Counted from the stretch's first letter, positions 29,334 through 39,392 are shown. The stretch is 64,000 nt of DNA from Acidimicrobiia bacterium (GCA_035544575.1 DATKEC010000132.1:3464-67463); one strand, 5' to 3'. Notes: generated from the sequence alone by a model not told the origin. A program made the numbers and translations.

Positions 29334-29489
29334 CACCCCCTTCGTCCGGTCCGCTGCGCGTCCCGGCCACTTCCCCCGCTTCGGCCCTGCGGGCCGGGGG
29401 GAAGCAACGGCGAGCCACCCCCCTTCGTCCGGTCCGCTGCGCGTCCCGGCCACTTCCCCGCTTCGGCCCTGCGGGCCGGCGGGAAGCAA
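29334..29489 (+). repeat. tandem direct repeat, 2 x 74 bp (~96% identical, 8-bp spacer), each containing a GC-rich imperfect hairpin (CTTCCCCC…GGCCCTGCGGGCC…GGGGGAAG)
   Basis: Seen directly. Flanked by 19-bp direct repeats GCGGCGGGGACGGAGGGGG at 29291-29309 and 29503-29521. Confidence 0.8.
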
Positions 29490-29561
29490 TGGAGCAGGCG
29501 CAGCGGCGGGGACGGAGGGGGGCGATCCACCCGCCCGCGGGTGGGAAAGTGTCACATAGTG

Positions 29562-29593
29562 TTGACATGTGGGTCGTTGTGGGCCATAGTGGC
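29562..29593 (+). promoter_or_regulatory. mraZ promoter: -35 TTGACA (29562-67), 17-nt spacer, -10 CATAGT (29585-90). MraZ operator boxes GTGGG-N5-GTGGG-N5-GTGGC (29569-29593) overlap it.
   Basis: Hexamers and three GTGGG direct repeats with 5-nt spacers seen in sequence. MraZ is known to bind GTGGG repeats in its own promoter. Confidence 0.6.
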
Positions 29594-29667
29594 GCAAGCG
29601 ATGGACAAGTGCTGCTCGGGTGAGTGCCAAAACGGGACTTTCCGACAGCGGACGGGATCGACGTGAC

Positions 29668-30102
29668 GTGTTCCTCGGTGAGGACAGACACAATGTGGAT
29701 AGCAAGGGACGGCTCGTCCTTCCTTCGCGGTACCGCGACCAGCTCAAAGAGCAGGGGTGTGTCGTCGCCAAGGGACAGGACGGGCATCTGATGGTCTTCC
29801 CCAAGACGGTGTACGAGGAGAAGCGCGCTGCAGAAGCTCTCGCCTTGCCCAACACCAAGGCCGGCCGTCGCCACCGCCGCACCATGTTCGGTGGAGCGGA
29901 GGAACAGACACCCGACTCGTCGGGCCGTCTGCTCCTCCGCTCCGACCTGAGGGAATACGCCCATCTCGACATCGGCGAGCCGGTCGCCGTCATCGGTGTC
30001 TACGACCACATCGAACTCTGGAACGCCGCCCACTACGACAACGAGCGCGAACTCGGTGATCTGGCCTATCTCGACGACGAGGAGGACGAGGAACTCGAGT
30101 GA
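29668..30102 (+). CDS. mraZ: transcriptional regulator MraZ
   Basis: GTG at 29668 gives the typical (M)FLGEDRHNVDSKGRLVLP… N-terminus. Two MraZ repeats. Confidence 0.9.
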   Translation: MFLGEDRHNVDSKGRLVLPSRYRDQLKEQGCVVAKGQDGHLMVFPKTVYEEKRAAEALALPNTKAGRRHRRTMFGGAEEQTPDSSGRLLLRSDLREYAHLDIGEPVAVIGVYDHIELWNAAHYDNERELGDLAYLDDEEDEELE

Positions 30103-30235
30103 TGTCGTTACGACTGGCTGGCCCATCGCCAGCTCCCCGGAACCAAAGGAAGGCCCCTGACTCCGCCCGCTTCCTCTTGGTGCCAGCGCCCGGGGAGCTG
30201 GCCATGGGCCAGGCGAACGGCCAGGCGACTTCTCG

Positions 30236-31147
30236 ATGACATCCCGGCCGTATCACCGGCCGGTGATGGCCGACGAGGTCGTCTCGCTGTTCGCTCCGGT
30301 CCCGGACGGAATCGTGGTCGACGCCACCTTCGGCGGCGGAGGCCACACACGTGCCTTGCAGACGAGCTTTGGAGAAAGGGTGAAGATGATCGGAGTGGAC
30401 CGCGACCCGGACGCACGGGCGAATGCCGGTGACGTCACGGTGTTGGCGGGCAGCTTCGGTGATCTGGACCGACTCCTCGACGACGCCGGGATCGCATCCA
30501 TCGCCGGTGCCCTCTTCGACCTGGGGATCTCCTCACACCAGGTGGACGACGCCTCACGCGGTTTCTCCTATCTGCAGGACGGTCCGCTCGACATGCGCAT
30601 GGATCCCACTCAGGAGTTCTCTGCCGCCGATCTCGTCAACACCGCCTCAGAACAGGATCTCGTCCGCGTCCTGCGGACCTACGGGGAAGAGCGGTTTGCT
30701 TCGAGCATCGCCCGACAGATCGTCCGCCACCGTCCCTTCACGCGCACACTGGAACTTGCGGGGGTGATCGCGGAGGCCGTTCCGGCTGCGGTCCGTCGCG
30801 CAGGCCATCCCGCCCGCCAGGCGTTCCAGGCGTTCCGCATCGAAGTCAACGGTGAACTGGACGCTCTGCGGTCGGGGCTCGAGGCAGCCCTCTCCCGCCT
30901 GATCGTCGGCGGCCGCTGCGTGGTCATCAGCTACCACTCGTTGGAGGATCGCATCGTCAAGCGCCGCTTTGCCGAGCTGACCACCGTCGAGCGGCCCCAT
31001 CCCGACCTGCCTGTTCGGGAGTCAGGACCGACCGCAGCTTTCACCGCAGTCACTCGCAAGGCGATCAAGCCGTCTGATGCCGAGATCGAGTCCAACCCCC
31101 GCGCCCGGTCCGCCCGGCTGCGTTGCGTCGAACGAGTGGCAGCATGA
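30236..31147 (+). CDS. rsmH: 16S rRNA (cytosine1402-N4)-methyltransferase
   Basis: DATFGGGGH…DLGISSHQVD…SYHSLEDRIVK. Confidence 0.92.
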   Translation: MTSRPYHRPVMADEVVSLFAPVPDGIVVDATFGGGGHTRALQTSFGERVKMIGVDRDPDARANAGDVTVLAGSFGDLDRLLDDAGIASIAGALFDLGISSHQVDDASRGFSYLQDGPLDMRMDPTQEFSAADLVNTASEQDLVRVLRTYGEERFASSIARQIVRHRPFTRTLELAGVIAEAVPAAVRRAGHPARQAFQAFRIEVNGELDALRSGLEAALSRLIVGGRCVVISYHSLEDRIVKRRFAELTTVERPHPDLPVRESGPTAAFTAVTRKAIKPSDAEIESNPRARSARLRCVERVAA

Positions 31148-31572
31148 CCGCTCGCCCGCTTCGTTCTCCTGGCCGGCGCCAGGAAGGGCTGCGCGTCGTT
31201 CACGGCAGACGGTCTCGACGTCCGGCCGTCACCCCGTTCGTGGCATTCGTTCTCATCGTGTTCGTGGCACTGTTCGGCATCGTCTTCGCCCGCACCGCCC
31301 TCGACCAGGGCGCCTTCGACATCTCCGAGCTCAATCGTGAGATCGTCGCCGCTCGCAGCGAGAACACCCGTCTTCGCCTGGAGGTCGCCCAGCTCGAGAG
31401 CCCGACCCGGGTGGCTCCTCTCGCAGAGCAGATGGGAATGGTCTTTCCAACCGCACGCGACACGGTCGTCGTCGAGCGGATCATCGATCCGACCGAACCC
31501 GCGGATCCCCGTTGGGCGAGCATCGGTCGATACGCCGCCGCGACCGCGGTGGCGCCGGAGGCCGGAGAGTGA
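31144..31572 (+). CDS. ftsL: cell-division protein FtsL-like (single-TM, coiled-coil)
   Basis: ATGA overlap with the rsmH stop. One TM helix, then coiled coil. Position between rsmH and ftsI. Confidence 0.6.
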   Translation: MTARPLRSPGRRQEGLRVVHGRRSRRPAVTPFVAFVLIVFVALFGIVFARTALDQGAFDISELNREIVAARSENTRLRLEVAQLESPTRVAPLAEQMGMVFPTARDTVVVERIIDPTEPADPRWASIGRYAAATAVAPEAGE

Positions 31573-31646
31573 GTTCCCGACGTGTCGCTGGCGTCGGTTC
31601 GGTGCGTGTATCACACCCACCGCCCCGCCGGCGACCGGGCTGAGTC

Positions 31647-33401
31647 GTGGCCGCCCGTCCGGCGGCGCGCCGGCTGACCGCAGCCGCGCTGCGGATCTGG
31701 CTGCTCGGGTTCATCCTCGTTGCCAGTTGGCTGGGCCTCGGATATCGCCTGTTCCAGGTTCAGGTCGTACGCGCCGACGAGTTCCAGGAGAGCGGCCTGC
31801 TCCAGCGGCTCGAGACACGCACCCTGGCGCCCGACCGAGGCACGATCTTCGATCGCAACGGCGATCCGGTGGCCATGACGATCGAAGCGGAGTCGATCTG
31901 GGTGGTTCCTCAGCTCGTGACCGATCCCGTTTACACGGCCCAGTCGGTGGCGGCGATCACCGAACGGGATTGGGAAGTGCTGCACGGGGCGATCCAACGC
32001 GGTCTCGAGAGCGGGACCCGCTTCGTCTACCTCGCCAGACAGGTCGAGCCGGTGAAAGCCCAGGCGGTGATGGATATCGGGCTCGCCGGTGTGGCGACGA
32101 TTCCAGAGGTCAGACGCGTCTACCCGTCGGGGGAGGTGAGTGCCCACGTGGTCGGCATGGTCGACATCGATGGCAACGGCATCGAGGGGCTCGAGACCGC
32201 CTATGACGAAATGCTCACCGGGACGCCCGGCCAGATGGTGTTCGAGGAGGATCCCGCCGGAAACATCATTCCGCAGGCCACTCGCGAAATCGTGCCCGCA
32301 GTGCCGGGGGTGGACCTGCTCACCACCTTGGATCTCTCGCTGCAGTTCACGGCATTCGAGGCTTGTCGGGAGACCGTTGAGCGCACCGCGGCGCAGGGCT
32401 GTTGGATCGTCGCCCTGCACGCGGAGACCGGTGAGGTCCTGGCCATGGTCGGCAGTCCCGGCTTCGACCCCGAAACTCGCACCGGACCGGACGGGGCGTC
32501 GTTCTCGAACTTCGCGGTGCGAGGCATGTACGAGCCGGGCTCCACGCAGAAACTCATCACCTTCGCCGCGGCGTTGGATCGGGGAGTGATCAAGCCATCG
32601 ATGGTGATCGGCGCGGTGTCGGACCAGTACGAGACCACGCCGGGGGCCTGCAAGTCCGCCAACGACGACATCTACGGGTGCTTCTCGGACTTCACGAAGC
32701 ACGCCACGGTGGACATGACGGTGGCCGACATCTTCACGGAGTCTTCGAACGTGGGGACGATCAAGATCCAGGAGCGTCTGCCGCAGGGTGCGATGCTCGA
32801 ATACATCACCCTCTTCGGCTACGGAACGCCAACTGGCATCGATTACACCGGTGAAGCCCGCGGGCTCGTGAACGACGATCCCTCCTGCACGTCTTGTCTC
32901 GCTTCTACGGCCATCGGATACAACGTGGCGGTGACGCCGTTGCAGATCGCCGCCGCCTATGCGGCCATCGCCAACGACGGGGTCTGGGTCCAACCACGGC
33001 TGGTTGCCTCGACCGTCGACGTACGTGGCGAGAGGCGCCAGCCGGAGGCGATCACTCGCCAGGTGGTGTCTGAGGGCACGGCATTCGTCATGCGTCAGCT
33101 GCTCGCCAACGTCGTCGAGAGCGGGACCGGTCAGCTGGCCACGGTGCCGGGCTATCGCGTCGGCGGCAAGACCGGCACCGCGAACAAGCTCGGGGCAGAC
33201 GGCAAGTACAACGACGAAACCGTGGCGAGCTTCGTCGGCATGGCGCCGATCGATGATCCCAAGGTGGTGATCGCCGTCGTGGTCGACAACCCCGCCTGGG
33301 AGTTCCGGACGGGCGGCGCCGCCGCCGCCCCCGCCTTCGCCGAGGTGATGGAGGCGGCTCTGCACGCGCTCGGGGTGGTGCCGGATGCCTTCGACGGGTG
33401 A
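31647..33401 (+). CDS. ftsI: penicillin-binding protein (FtsI-type class B transpeptidase)
   Basis: N-terminal TM, dimerisation domain, SxxK (…GSTQK…), SxN, KTGT motifs. Confidence 0.9.
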   Translation: MAARPAARRLTAAALRIWLLGFILVASWLGLGYRLFQVQVVRADEFQESGLLQRLETRTLAPDRGTIFDRNGDPVAMTIEAESIWVVPQLVTDPVYTAQSVAAITERDWEVLHGAIQRGLESGTRFVYLARQVEPVKAQAVMDIGLAGVATIPEVRRVYPSGEVSAHVVGMVDIDGNGIEGLETAYDEMLTGTPGQMVFEEDPAGNIIPQATREIVPAVPGVDLLTTLDLSLQFTAFEACRETVERTAAQGCWIVALHAETGEVLAMVGSPGFDPETRTGPDGASFSNFAVRGMYEPGSTQKLITFAAALDRGVIKPSMVIGAVSDQYETTPGACKSANDDIYGCFSDFTKHATVDMTVADIFTESSNVGTIKIQERLPQGAMLEYITLFGYGTPTGIDYTGEARGLVNDDPSCTSCLASTAIGYNVAVTPLQIAAAYAAIANDGVWVQPRLVASTVDVRGERRQPEAITRQVVSEGTAFVMRQLLANVVESGTGQLATVPGYRVGGKTGTANKLGADGKYNDETVASFVGMAPIDDPKVVIAVVVDNPAWEFRTGGAAAAPAFAEVMEAALHALGVVPDAFDG

Positions 33402-34845
33402 ACGTCTCAGCCGGGTGGCTCAGATCCTCGGCACGTCGATCGAAGGTGTGGGCGACCCGCTGTTGAGAGACGCAACCCATGACAGTCGTCAGGCGAGTCC
33501 CGGTTCGCTGTTCATCGCCGTGAAGGGCTTCAGCGCTGACGGCCACCGCTACATCGGCCAGGCAGTGGCGAACGGCGCGGTGGCGGCGATCGTCACCGAA
33601 GCCGTCGAGATCACCGTGCCACACCTGCGGGTGGACGATGCCAGGGCGGTGATGGGCCCGGTGGCGGCGGCCATCCATGGTGATCCGTCGCGCCACGTTC
33701 CGGTGATCGGAGTGACGGGAACGAACGGCAAGACGACGGTCACACACATGGTCGAGCACATCCTCGGCCGAGCCGGTCTGACCGTGGGCCTGGTGGGCAC
33801 CATCCACACCCGGATCGGCCCCGACGAGATCCCTGCGCTCCACACCACCCCGGAGGCCACGGACTTCCAGCGGCTTCTGGCACACATGATCGACCGGGGC
33901 GCCGACGCGGTTGCGGTCGAGGTGTCTTCGCATGCGCTCACACTCGGCCGGGTCGATGCCGCCTGGTTCGCGGTCGTGGCGTTCACCAACCTCAGCCAGG
34001 ATCATCTGGACTTCCATCACGACATGGAGTCGTACTTCGCAGCGAAGGCATCGCTGTTCGACGCGTCGCGTGCCGCCCGGGGCGTGGTGTGGATCGACGA
34101 CGACTGGGGCCGGCGTCTGGCCGGCTCGACCGCCCTCGAGGTGCTGACGGTGGGACGTGACGCCGACGTCTCGGTCAACGTGGTCGACGGCGACCTCACC
34201 GGCACGACGATCGAACTCGACCTCGGGAGCGGCCCGCGCGTCCTGCGCCTTCCGATGGCGGGAACGTTCAATGTCGAGAACGCCGCCGTGGCCGCGGCGA
34301 TCTGTCACGTGCTCGGAACCGACGAGGATGTGATCCTGGATGGTCTCGAGTCCGTCCCTGGCGTGGCCGGTCGCTTCGAACTCGTATCCGGAGACCATCC
34401 GATCGCCGTGGTCGTCGACTTCGCACACACCCCCGACGGGATCACCGAGGTGATTTCGACCCTGCGGCGTCTCGTCGTGGGTCGCATCATCGCCGTCGTC
34501 GGAGCCGGTGGGGACCGCGACAAGGACAAACGACCGCTGATGGGAGCGGCCGTTTCGGCAGCCGATGTGGTCGTCGTGACCTCCGATAACCCTCGATCTG
34601 AGGATCCGGGTGCGATCATCGATGCAGTGATGGAGGGAATCGCACCGGGAGTCGAGGTGGTCAGGCTCCCCGATCGGCGCGAGGCGATCGGGGAGGCCGT
34701 TGCGGGCGCAGCCGACGGCGACGCGGTCGTGATCCTGGGCAAGGGCCACGAACGGGGCCAGGAAATCGCCGGCTTCAAGCATCCCTTCGACGACCGCATC
34801 GAGGCGAAGCTGGCGCTGGCTGGTAAGCGGGGGCGCTCCGAGTGA
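33385..34845 (+). CDS. murE: UDP-N-acetylmuramoyl-L-alanyl-D-glutamate--2,6-diaminopimelate ligase
   Basis: Mur ligase motifs GVTGTNGKTT, …DNPR… Position after ftsI. Confidence 0.9.
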   Translation: MPSTGERLSRVAQILGTSIEGVGDPLLRDATHDSRQASPGSLFIAVKGFSADGHRYIGQAVANGAVAAIVTEAVEITVPHLRVDDARAVMGPVAAAIHGDPSRHVPVIGVTGTNGKTTVTHMVEHILGRAGLTVGLVGTIHTRIGPDEIPALHTTPEATDFQRLLAHMIDRGADAVAVEVSSHALTLGRVDAAWFAVVAFTNLSQDHLDFHHDMESYFAAKASLFDASRAARGVVWIDDDWGRRLAGSTALEVLTVGRDADVSVNVVDGDLTGTTIELDLGSGPRVLRLPMAGTFNVENAAVAAAICHVLGTDEDVILDGLESVPGVAGRFELVSGDHPIAVVVDFAHTPDGITEVISTLRRLVVGRIIAVVGAGGDRDKDKRPLMGAAVSAADVVVVTSDNPRSEDPGAIIDAVMEGIAPGVEVVRLPDRREAIGEAVAGAADGDAVVILGKGHERGQEIAGFKHPFDDRIEAKLALAGKRGRSE

Positions 34846-35903
34846 TCAGTCTGCTCGTCGCGGCCTCCGTTGGTCTGTTCGTTTCCCTCGTCGTGATGCC
34901 GGCGGCGATCGGTGTGTTGCGTCACCGCAGCATCGGTCAGTTCATCCAGGAGGAGGTCGAGGGCCACCACCACAAGCAGGGCACTCCCACGATGGGCGGG
35001 GTGGTGTTCGTCCTCGCTGCGGTACTCGCCTACCTCTTCGCCCATGTCCGCGTGTGGTCGGCGAGCCGCGGGTTCCAGCTCGAGATCCAGCCCTTCGGCA
35101 ACGGTGGTCTGCTGGCCCTCTTCGCACTGGTGGGGATGTCGGCCATCGGCTTCGTCGACGACTTCGTGAAGTACACACGCAAGCGCTCGCTGGGGTTGAG
35201 CGTGAAGGGGAAGTTCGCCGGACAGCTGGCCATCGCCGGTCTGTTCGCCTGGGGGGCGTCGGCTGCCGGGGTGTCGACCGAGTTGTCCTTCGTCCGTCCG
35301 CTCGGGATCGATCTCGGGATCTTCTTCGTGGTCTGGGTGTTGTTCCTGCTGACCGGGGCGGCCAACGGGGCGAACCTCGCAGATGGGATGGATGGGTTGG
35401 CCGCGGGAGCGGGTGCCCTCATGTTCGGCGCCTACACGATCATCGCGTTTTGGAAGTTCCGCTACGGCGGGGAGGGTGGCACGTACATGGCCACGGATCC
35501 CCTGGAACTGGCGACGCTGTCTGCGGCGATGCTCGGCGCGCTGCTCGGGTTCCTGTGGTGGAACGCGCCTCCCGCCAAGATCTTCATGGGTGATGCCGGA
35601 TCCAACGGCATCGGCGGCCTCCTCGCTGCCATGGCGTTGCTCACCAACACCCACCTGTTGCTGGCGATCATCGCCAGCCTGTTCGTGGCTGAGACTGTGT
35701 CGGTGCTGCTGCAAACGGCCAGCTACCGCCTGACCGGAAACCGCGTCTTCCTGATGGCGCCCTTCCACCATCACTTCGAACTGAAGGGATGGCCCGAGAC
35801 CACTGTGGTCATCCGATTCTGGATTCTGGCCGGCGTGGGGGTGGCGCTGGGTCTGGGTCTGTTCTACGCCGACTTTCTGTCGGTCGAGGGGATCCTGCGA
35901 TGA
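34842..35903 (+). CDS. mraY: phospho-N-acetylmuramoyl-pentapeptide transferase
   Basis: 10-TM MraY with …KxGTPTMGG…, NGANLADGMDGLA, DxGS motifs. Confidence 0.92.
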   Translation: MISLLVAASVGLFVSLVVMPAAIGVLRHRSIGQFIQEEVEGHHHKQGTPTMGGVVFVLAAVLAYLFAHVRVWSASRGFQLEIQPFGNGGLLALFALVGMSAIGFVDDFVKYTRKRSLGLSVKGKFAGQLAIAGLFAWGASAAGVSTELSFVRPLGIDLGIFFVVWVLFLLTGAANGANLADGMDGLAAGAGALMFGAYTIIAFWKFRYGGEGGTYMATDPLELATLSAAMLGALLGFLWWNAPPAKIFMGDAGSNGIGGLLAAMALLTNTHLLLAIIASLFVAETVSVLLQTASYRLTGNRVFLMAPFHHHFELKGWPETTVVIRFWILAGVGVALGLGLFYADFLSVEGILR

Positions 35904-37168
35904 GGACGCTCGTGCTGGGGGCCGGGGTCTCGGGACGCGCCGCCTTGGGATTGGCCCGCAGGCTCGGCCACCGGGTGGTCGTCTACGACCGGGAGCCGGT
36001 CACCGATCTCGGCGACGTGGCCGTGGTCAGCGGCACCTGGGACCGGCTGACGCTCGATGGAATCGATCTCGTGGTGGCCTCCCCTGGGTTCGGCGAGAGG
36101 TCACCGGCAATCACCGATGCGCTGGAAGCTGGTGTCGAAGTCATCGGCGAAGTGGAGTTCGCATGGCGTGAGATCGCCGCGCCGACGGTTGCGGTGACGG
36201 GGACGAACGGCAAGACCACGGTGACCGGGCTGATCGCGGACATGCTGACGGCCTCCGGTTTGAACGCTCCCGCTCTCGGCAACATCGGCACCCCGGTTTC
36301 GGACTGGACCAGCGAGCCGCTCGACGTGCTGGTTCTGGAGATGTCGAGCTTCCAACTGCGCTTCACCGACCGGTTTCACTGTCATGTGGCCGTCGTGACC
36401 AACGTTGCCGAAGACCATCTCGACTGGCATGGCAGCGTCGCCGGCTACCGCGAGGCGAAGGCGAGGATCGTCTCCAACCAGACCGAAGATGATTTCGTCG
36501 TCTTCGATGCGCTGGACCCGGGTGCGAGGACTGTGGCCGCCCGCAGCGTCGCCACACCCGTCGGCGTCGCCGCGGACGGGTCGAACGGCGCCGGCGTGAT
36601 CGGCGGAGAGCTCGTGTGGGACGGGTCGGCCGTCCCGCTCTCGGCCGTTTCCGTCGACGACCCCGTCTACCTCACCGACTTGGCTCTGGCGGGCGTCGCG
36701 GCCCTGGCGATGGGCGCCGACGCCGACGCGGTGGCGGGCGTCGCCAAGAGCTTCACGCCTGGAGCCCATCGCCGCCAGGTGGTCTTCGACGCCGACGGCG
36801 TGAGGTGGGTCGATGATTCCAAGGCCACGAATCCCCATGCCGCCTTGGCGTCGATCGGAGCGTTCGGATCGGTGATTCTGATCGCCGGGGGCCTGGCCAA
36901 GGGTCTCGACATCTCCCCGCTCGCCACTGCCGAAGGGGTGAAGACAGTGATCGCCATCGGCGAAAGCGCACCCGTCTTGTTGGCGGCCGCCGGAGAGCGC
37001 GGTCTGGCGGCGTCGTCCATGGAGCAGGCGGTGGAGCTGGCTCGTGGTCTCGCCGTGCCGGGCGACGTGGTCCTGCTGGCGCCCGGTTGTGCCAGCTATG
37101 ACATGTTCGATTCTTACGCCGCCCGTGGTGATGCTTTCGCCGCGGCAGCCCGATCGGAGACGAAGTGA
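35900..37168 (+). CDS. murD: UDP-N-acetylmuramoylalanine--D-glutamate ligase
   Basis: ATGA overlap with mraY. (M)RTLVLGAGVSGRA…VTGTNGKTTV. Confidence 0.9.
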   Translation: MRTLVLGAGVSGRAALGLARRLGHRVVVYDREPVTDLGDVAVVSGTWDRLTLDGIDLVVASPGFGERSPAITDALEAGVEVIGEVEFAWREIAAPTVAVTGTNGKTTVTGLIADMLTASGLNAPALGNIGTPVSDWTSEPLDVLVLEMSSFQLRFTDRFHCHVAVVTNVAEDHLDWHGSVAGYREAKARIVSNQTEDDFVVFDALDPGARTVAARSVATPVGVAADGSNGAGVIGGELVWDGSAVPLSAVSVDDPVYLTDLALAGVAALAMGADADAVAGVAKSFTPGAHRRQVVFDADGVRWVDDSKATNPHAALASIGAFGSVILIAGGLAKGLDISPLATAEGVKTVIAIGESAPVLLAAAGERGLAASSMEQAVELARGLAVPGDVVLLAPGCASYDMFDSYAARGDAFAAAARSETK

Positions 37169-38337
37169 GCGCACGATCGGCAGGCAAGATCACCTCGATC
37201 ACCGAACTGCGGGCGGCCGCCCGTGCCAGGGCGGATCAGCGCACTGCCAACGCCCGATCGGCCACGACACTGATGGTGGTCATGGCGGCGTTGCTGGTGG
37301 TCGGGCTGGCTGCCACCACCTCGGCTTCGTCGGTCGTCGGCATCGGGTCCCAGGAGGATCAGTTCTTCTTCCTCAAACGCCAGCTGCTCGGGGTCGGTCT
37401 GGGGGCGGCGGCGCTGTTCGTCACCTCCAGGGTCTCCCATCAGGTCTATCGAAAACTGGCGATGCCAATCTTCGTCGGGATCTCCGGTCTGCTCGTGCTG
37501 GTGTTGATGATCGGCGACGAAGTAGCGGGAGCCCAGCGCTGGATCGACCTCGGTCCGATCAGCGTGCAGCCGTCCGAACTCGCCAAGTTCGGCGTGATCG
37601 TCGCCCTCGCCGCGGTTCTCGACCGCAAGAAGACCATGCTGGGAGATCTCGGACACTTCCTGGCTCCCGTTGCCCTTTTCCTGGGAGGGACGGCACTCCT
37701 CGTGATGTTGCAGCCCGACCTGGGCACCACGATCGTCATCGCCGTTGCCGCCCTGGCGGTGATGCTCACGTCGAACGCTCCGTTCCGCTACGTCGTCGGG
37801 ACCGGGATCGGCGGCGGTCTGGCGGCCGGCGCCCTGGCACTCTCTGCCGGCTACCGCCGTGACCGGATCACCGGCTTCCTGGACCCGTGGGCAGATGCCG
37901 GCGGCACCGGGTGGCAGCTCATCCAGAGTTACTACGCGCTGGGGACCGGAGGCATGTTCGGCGTGGGTCTTGGCGGCAGCCGGGCCCGCTGGTTCTACCT
38001 GCCCAACGCCCACACCGACTTCATCTTCGCCATCATCGGCGAGGAGACGGGTTTCGTGGGCGCTTCCATGGTCCTGGCGCTCTTCGCGCTCTTCGCGGCG
38101 GCGGGCTGGACCGTCGCTCGCCGGGCGCCGGACGCCTTCGGACGAATGGTGGCCGCCGGGATAACCGCCTGGATCACGATGCAGGCGATCGTCAACGTCG
38201 GCGGTGTGCTCGGCGTGATGCCGATCACGGGGATCACGCTGCCGTTCGTCTCCTACGGCGGTACGGCGATCGCCGTGACCATGGCCGCCGCCGGTGTGCT
38301 CGTGAACATCGCCCACTCCGGAGGTCGCACCCGGTGA
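37165..38337 (+). CDS. ftsW: FtsW/RodA/SpoVE-family peptidoglycan glycosyltransferase (cell-division FtsW)
   Basis: SEDS family polytopic membrane protein. Position murD–ftsW–murG. Confidence 0.9.
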   Translation: MSARSAGKITSITELRAAARARADQRTANARSATTLMVVMAALLVVGLAATTSASSVVGIGSQEDQFFFLKRQLLGVGLGAAALFVTSRVSHQVYRKLAMPIFVGISGLLVLVLMIGDEVAGAQRWIDLGPISVQPSELAKFGVIVALAAVLDRKKTMLGDLGHFLAPVALFLGGTALLVMLQPDLGTTIVIAVAALAVMLTSNAPFRYVVGTGIGGGLAAGALALSAGYRRDRITGFLDPWADAGGTGWQLIQSYYALGTGGMFGVGLGGSRARWFYLPNAHTDFIFAIIGEETGFVGASMVLALFALFAAAGWTVARRAPDAFGRMVAAGITAWITMQAIVNVGGVLGVMPITGITLPFVSYGGTAIAVTMAAAGVLVNIAHSGGRTR

Positions 38338-39392
38338 CCTTCGCCATCGCCGCCGTCGGCACGGGTGGACATGTCTTCCCCGGACTGGCGGTGGGAGAGG
38401 CGCTGGTGGCTGCGGGGGTCGCTCGTGCCGATGTCCTCTTCGTCGGCGGGGACCGGCTCGAGGCGACCGTCTATCCCGCCGCAGGGTTCCCGTTCCTGCG
38501 TGTCCCGCTGCAGGGGCTCGTCCGTGGTCTGTCACCGTCGAATCTGCGGATCCCGTTCGCTCTCGTCTCGGCGATCGTCACCATGCGTCGTGCCTTTCGG
38601 GGGCGAAGGGTTCGTACCGTGCTCGGCCTGGGAGGGTATGTGACGGTGCCCGCGGCCATCGCCGCGAGGCTCGCCGGAGCCACCGTGATGGTCTCTGAGC
38701 AGAACGCCCACGCCGGGTTGGGCAACCGGGTGGCCGGGCGGCTCGCTCGACGTCGCTTCGGGGCGTTCCCGACCACAGTGGGTCTCGACGCCGAGTGGGT
38801 CGGCAACCCGGTGCGGGATGCGATCGCCAGCTTCGACCGGGCCGCCCTCCGTTCAGAGGCGTTGGCTCGCTACGGGCTGACCGCCGACCGTCCGGTGGTC
38901 GGGATCTTCGGCGGGAGCCTCGGAGCAGGGGTGCTCAACCGGGTGGCACCCGACGTCGCGGCCATCGGCGGAGTCCAGATCGTCCACCTGGCGGGTGAGA
39001 TCCATGCCGGGGCATTGGAGGCGTCGGCCACCGATGACTGGCACATCGTCGGATTCGAAGACCGGATGGACCTGTTCTATGCCGCCGCCGACCTGGTCCT
39101 CGCCCGCGCCGGTGGGGCGGTCGCCGAACTCTCCGCCACCGCCACCCCGGCTGTGCTCGTCCCAGGCGGCTTCGGCAGCGCGGGGCATCAGGCAGCCAAC
39201 GCCGCGTTCCTGGCTGAAACCGGCTCGGCCGTGGTGGTCGCTGAAAGCGAGGCGCACACGGTGGCGGGGGTGATCGCCGGGATCGTGTCGGATGCGGGCC
39301 GGCTGGATGCGATGCGAGCGAGCGCCGCACCGCTGGCCCGTCCCCGGGCTGCCCACGACATCGCCGCTGCGATGATGTCTGCCCATGGCTGA
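38334..39392 (+). CDS. murG: UDP-N-acetylglucosamine--N-acetylmuramyl-(pentapeptide) pyrophosphoryl-undecaprenol GlcNAc transferase
   Basis: GTGA overlap with ftsW. (M)TFAIAAVGTGGHVFPGLAV… N-terminus. The track ORF N-terminal extension is rejected. Confidence 0.9.
   Translation: MTFAIAAVGTGGHVFPGLAVGEALVAAGVARADVLFVGGDRLEATVYPAAGFPFLRVPLQGLVRGLSPSNLRIPFALVSAIVTMRRAFRGRRVRTVLGLGGYVTVPAAIAARLAGATVMVSEQNAHAGLGNRVAGRLARRRFGAFPTTVGLDAEWVGNPVRDAIASFDRAALRSEALARYGLTADRPVVGIFGGSLGAGVLNRVAPDVAAIGGVQIVHLAGEIHAGALEASATDDWHIVGFEDRMDLFYAAADLVLARAGGAVAELSATATPAVLVPGGFGSAGHQAANAAFLAETGSAVVVAESEAHTVAGVIAGIVSDAGRLDAMRASAAPLARPRAAHDIAAAMMSAHG

Noticed and set aside
29266-29559. 97-aa ORF across the tandem repeat array
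   Set aside because: Generated by the 74-bp GC-rich repeats. Gly/Pro/Ala-rich product with no RBS.
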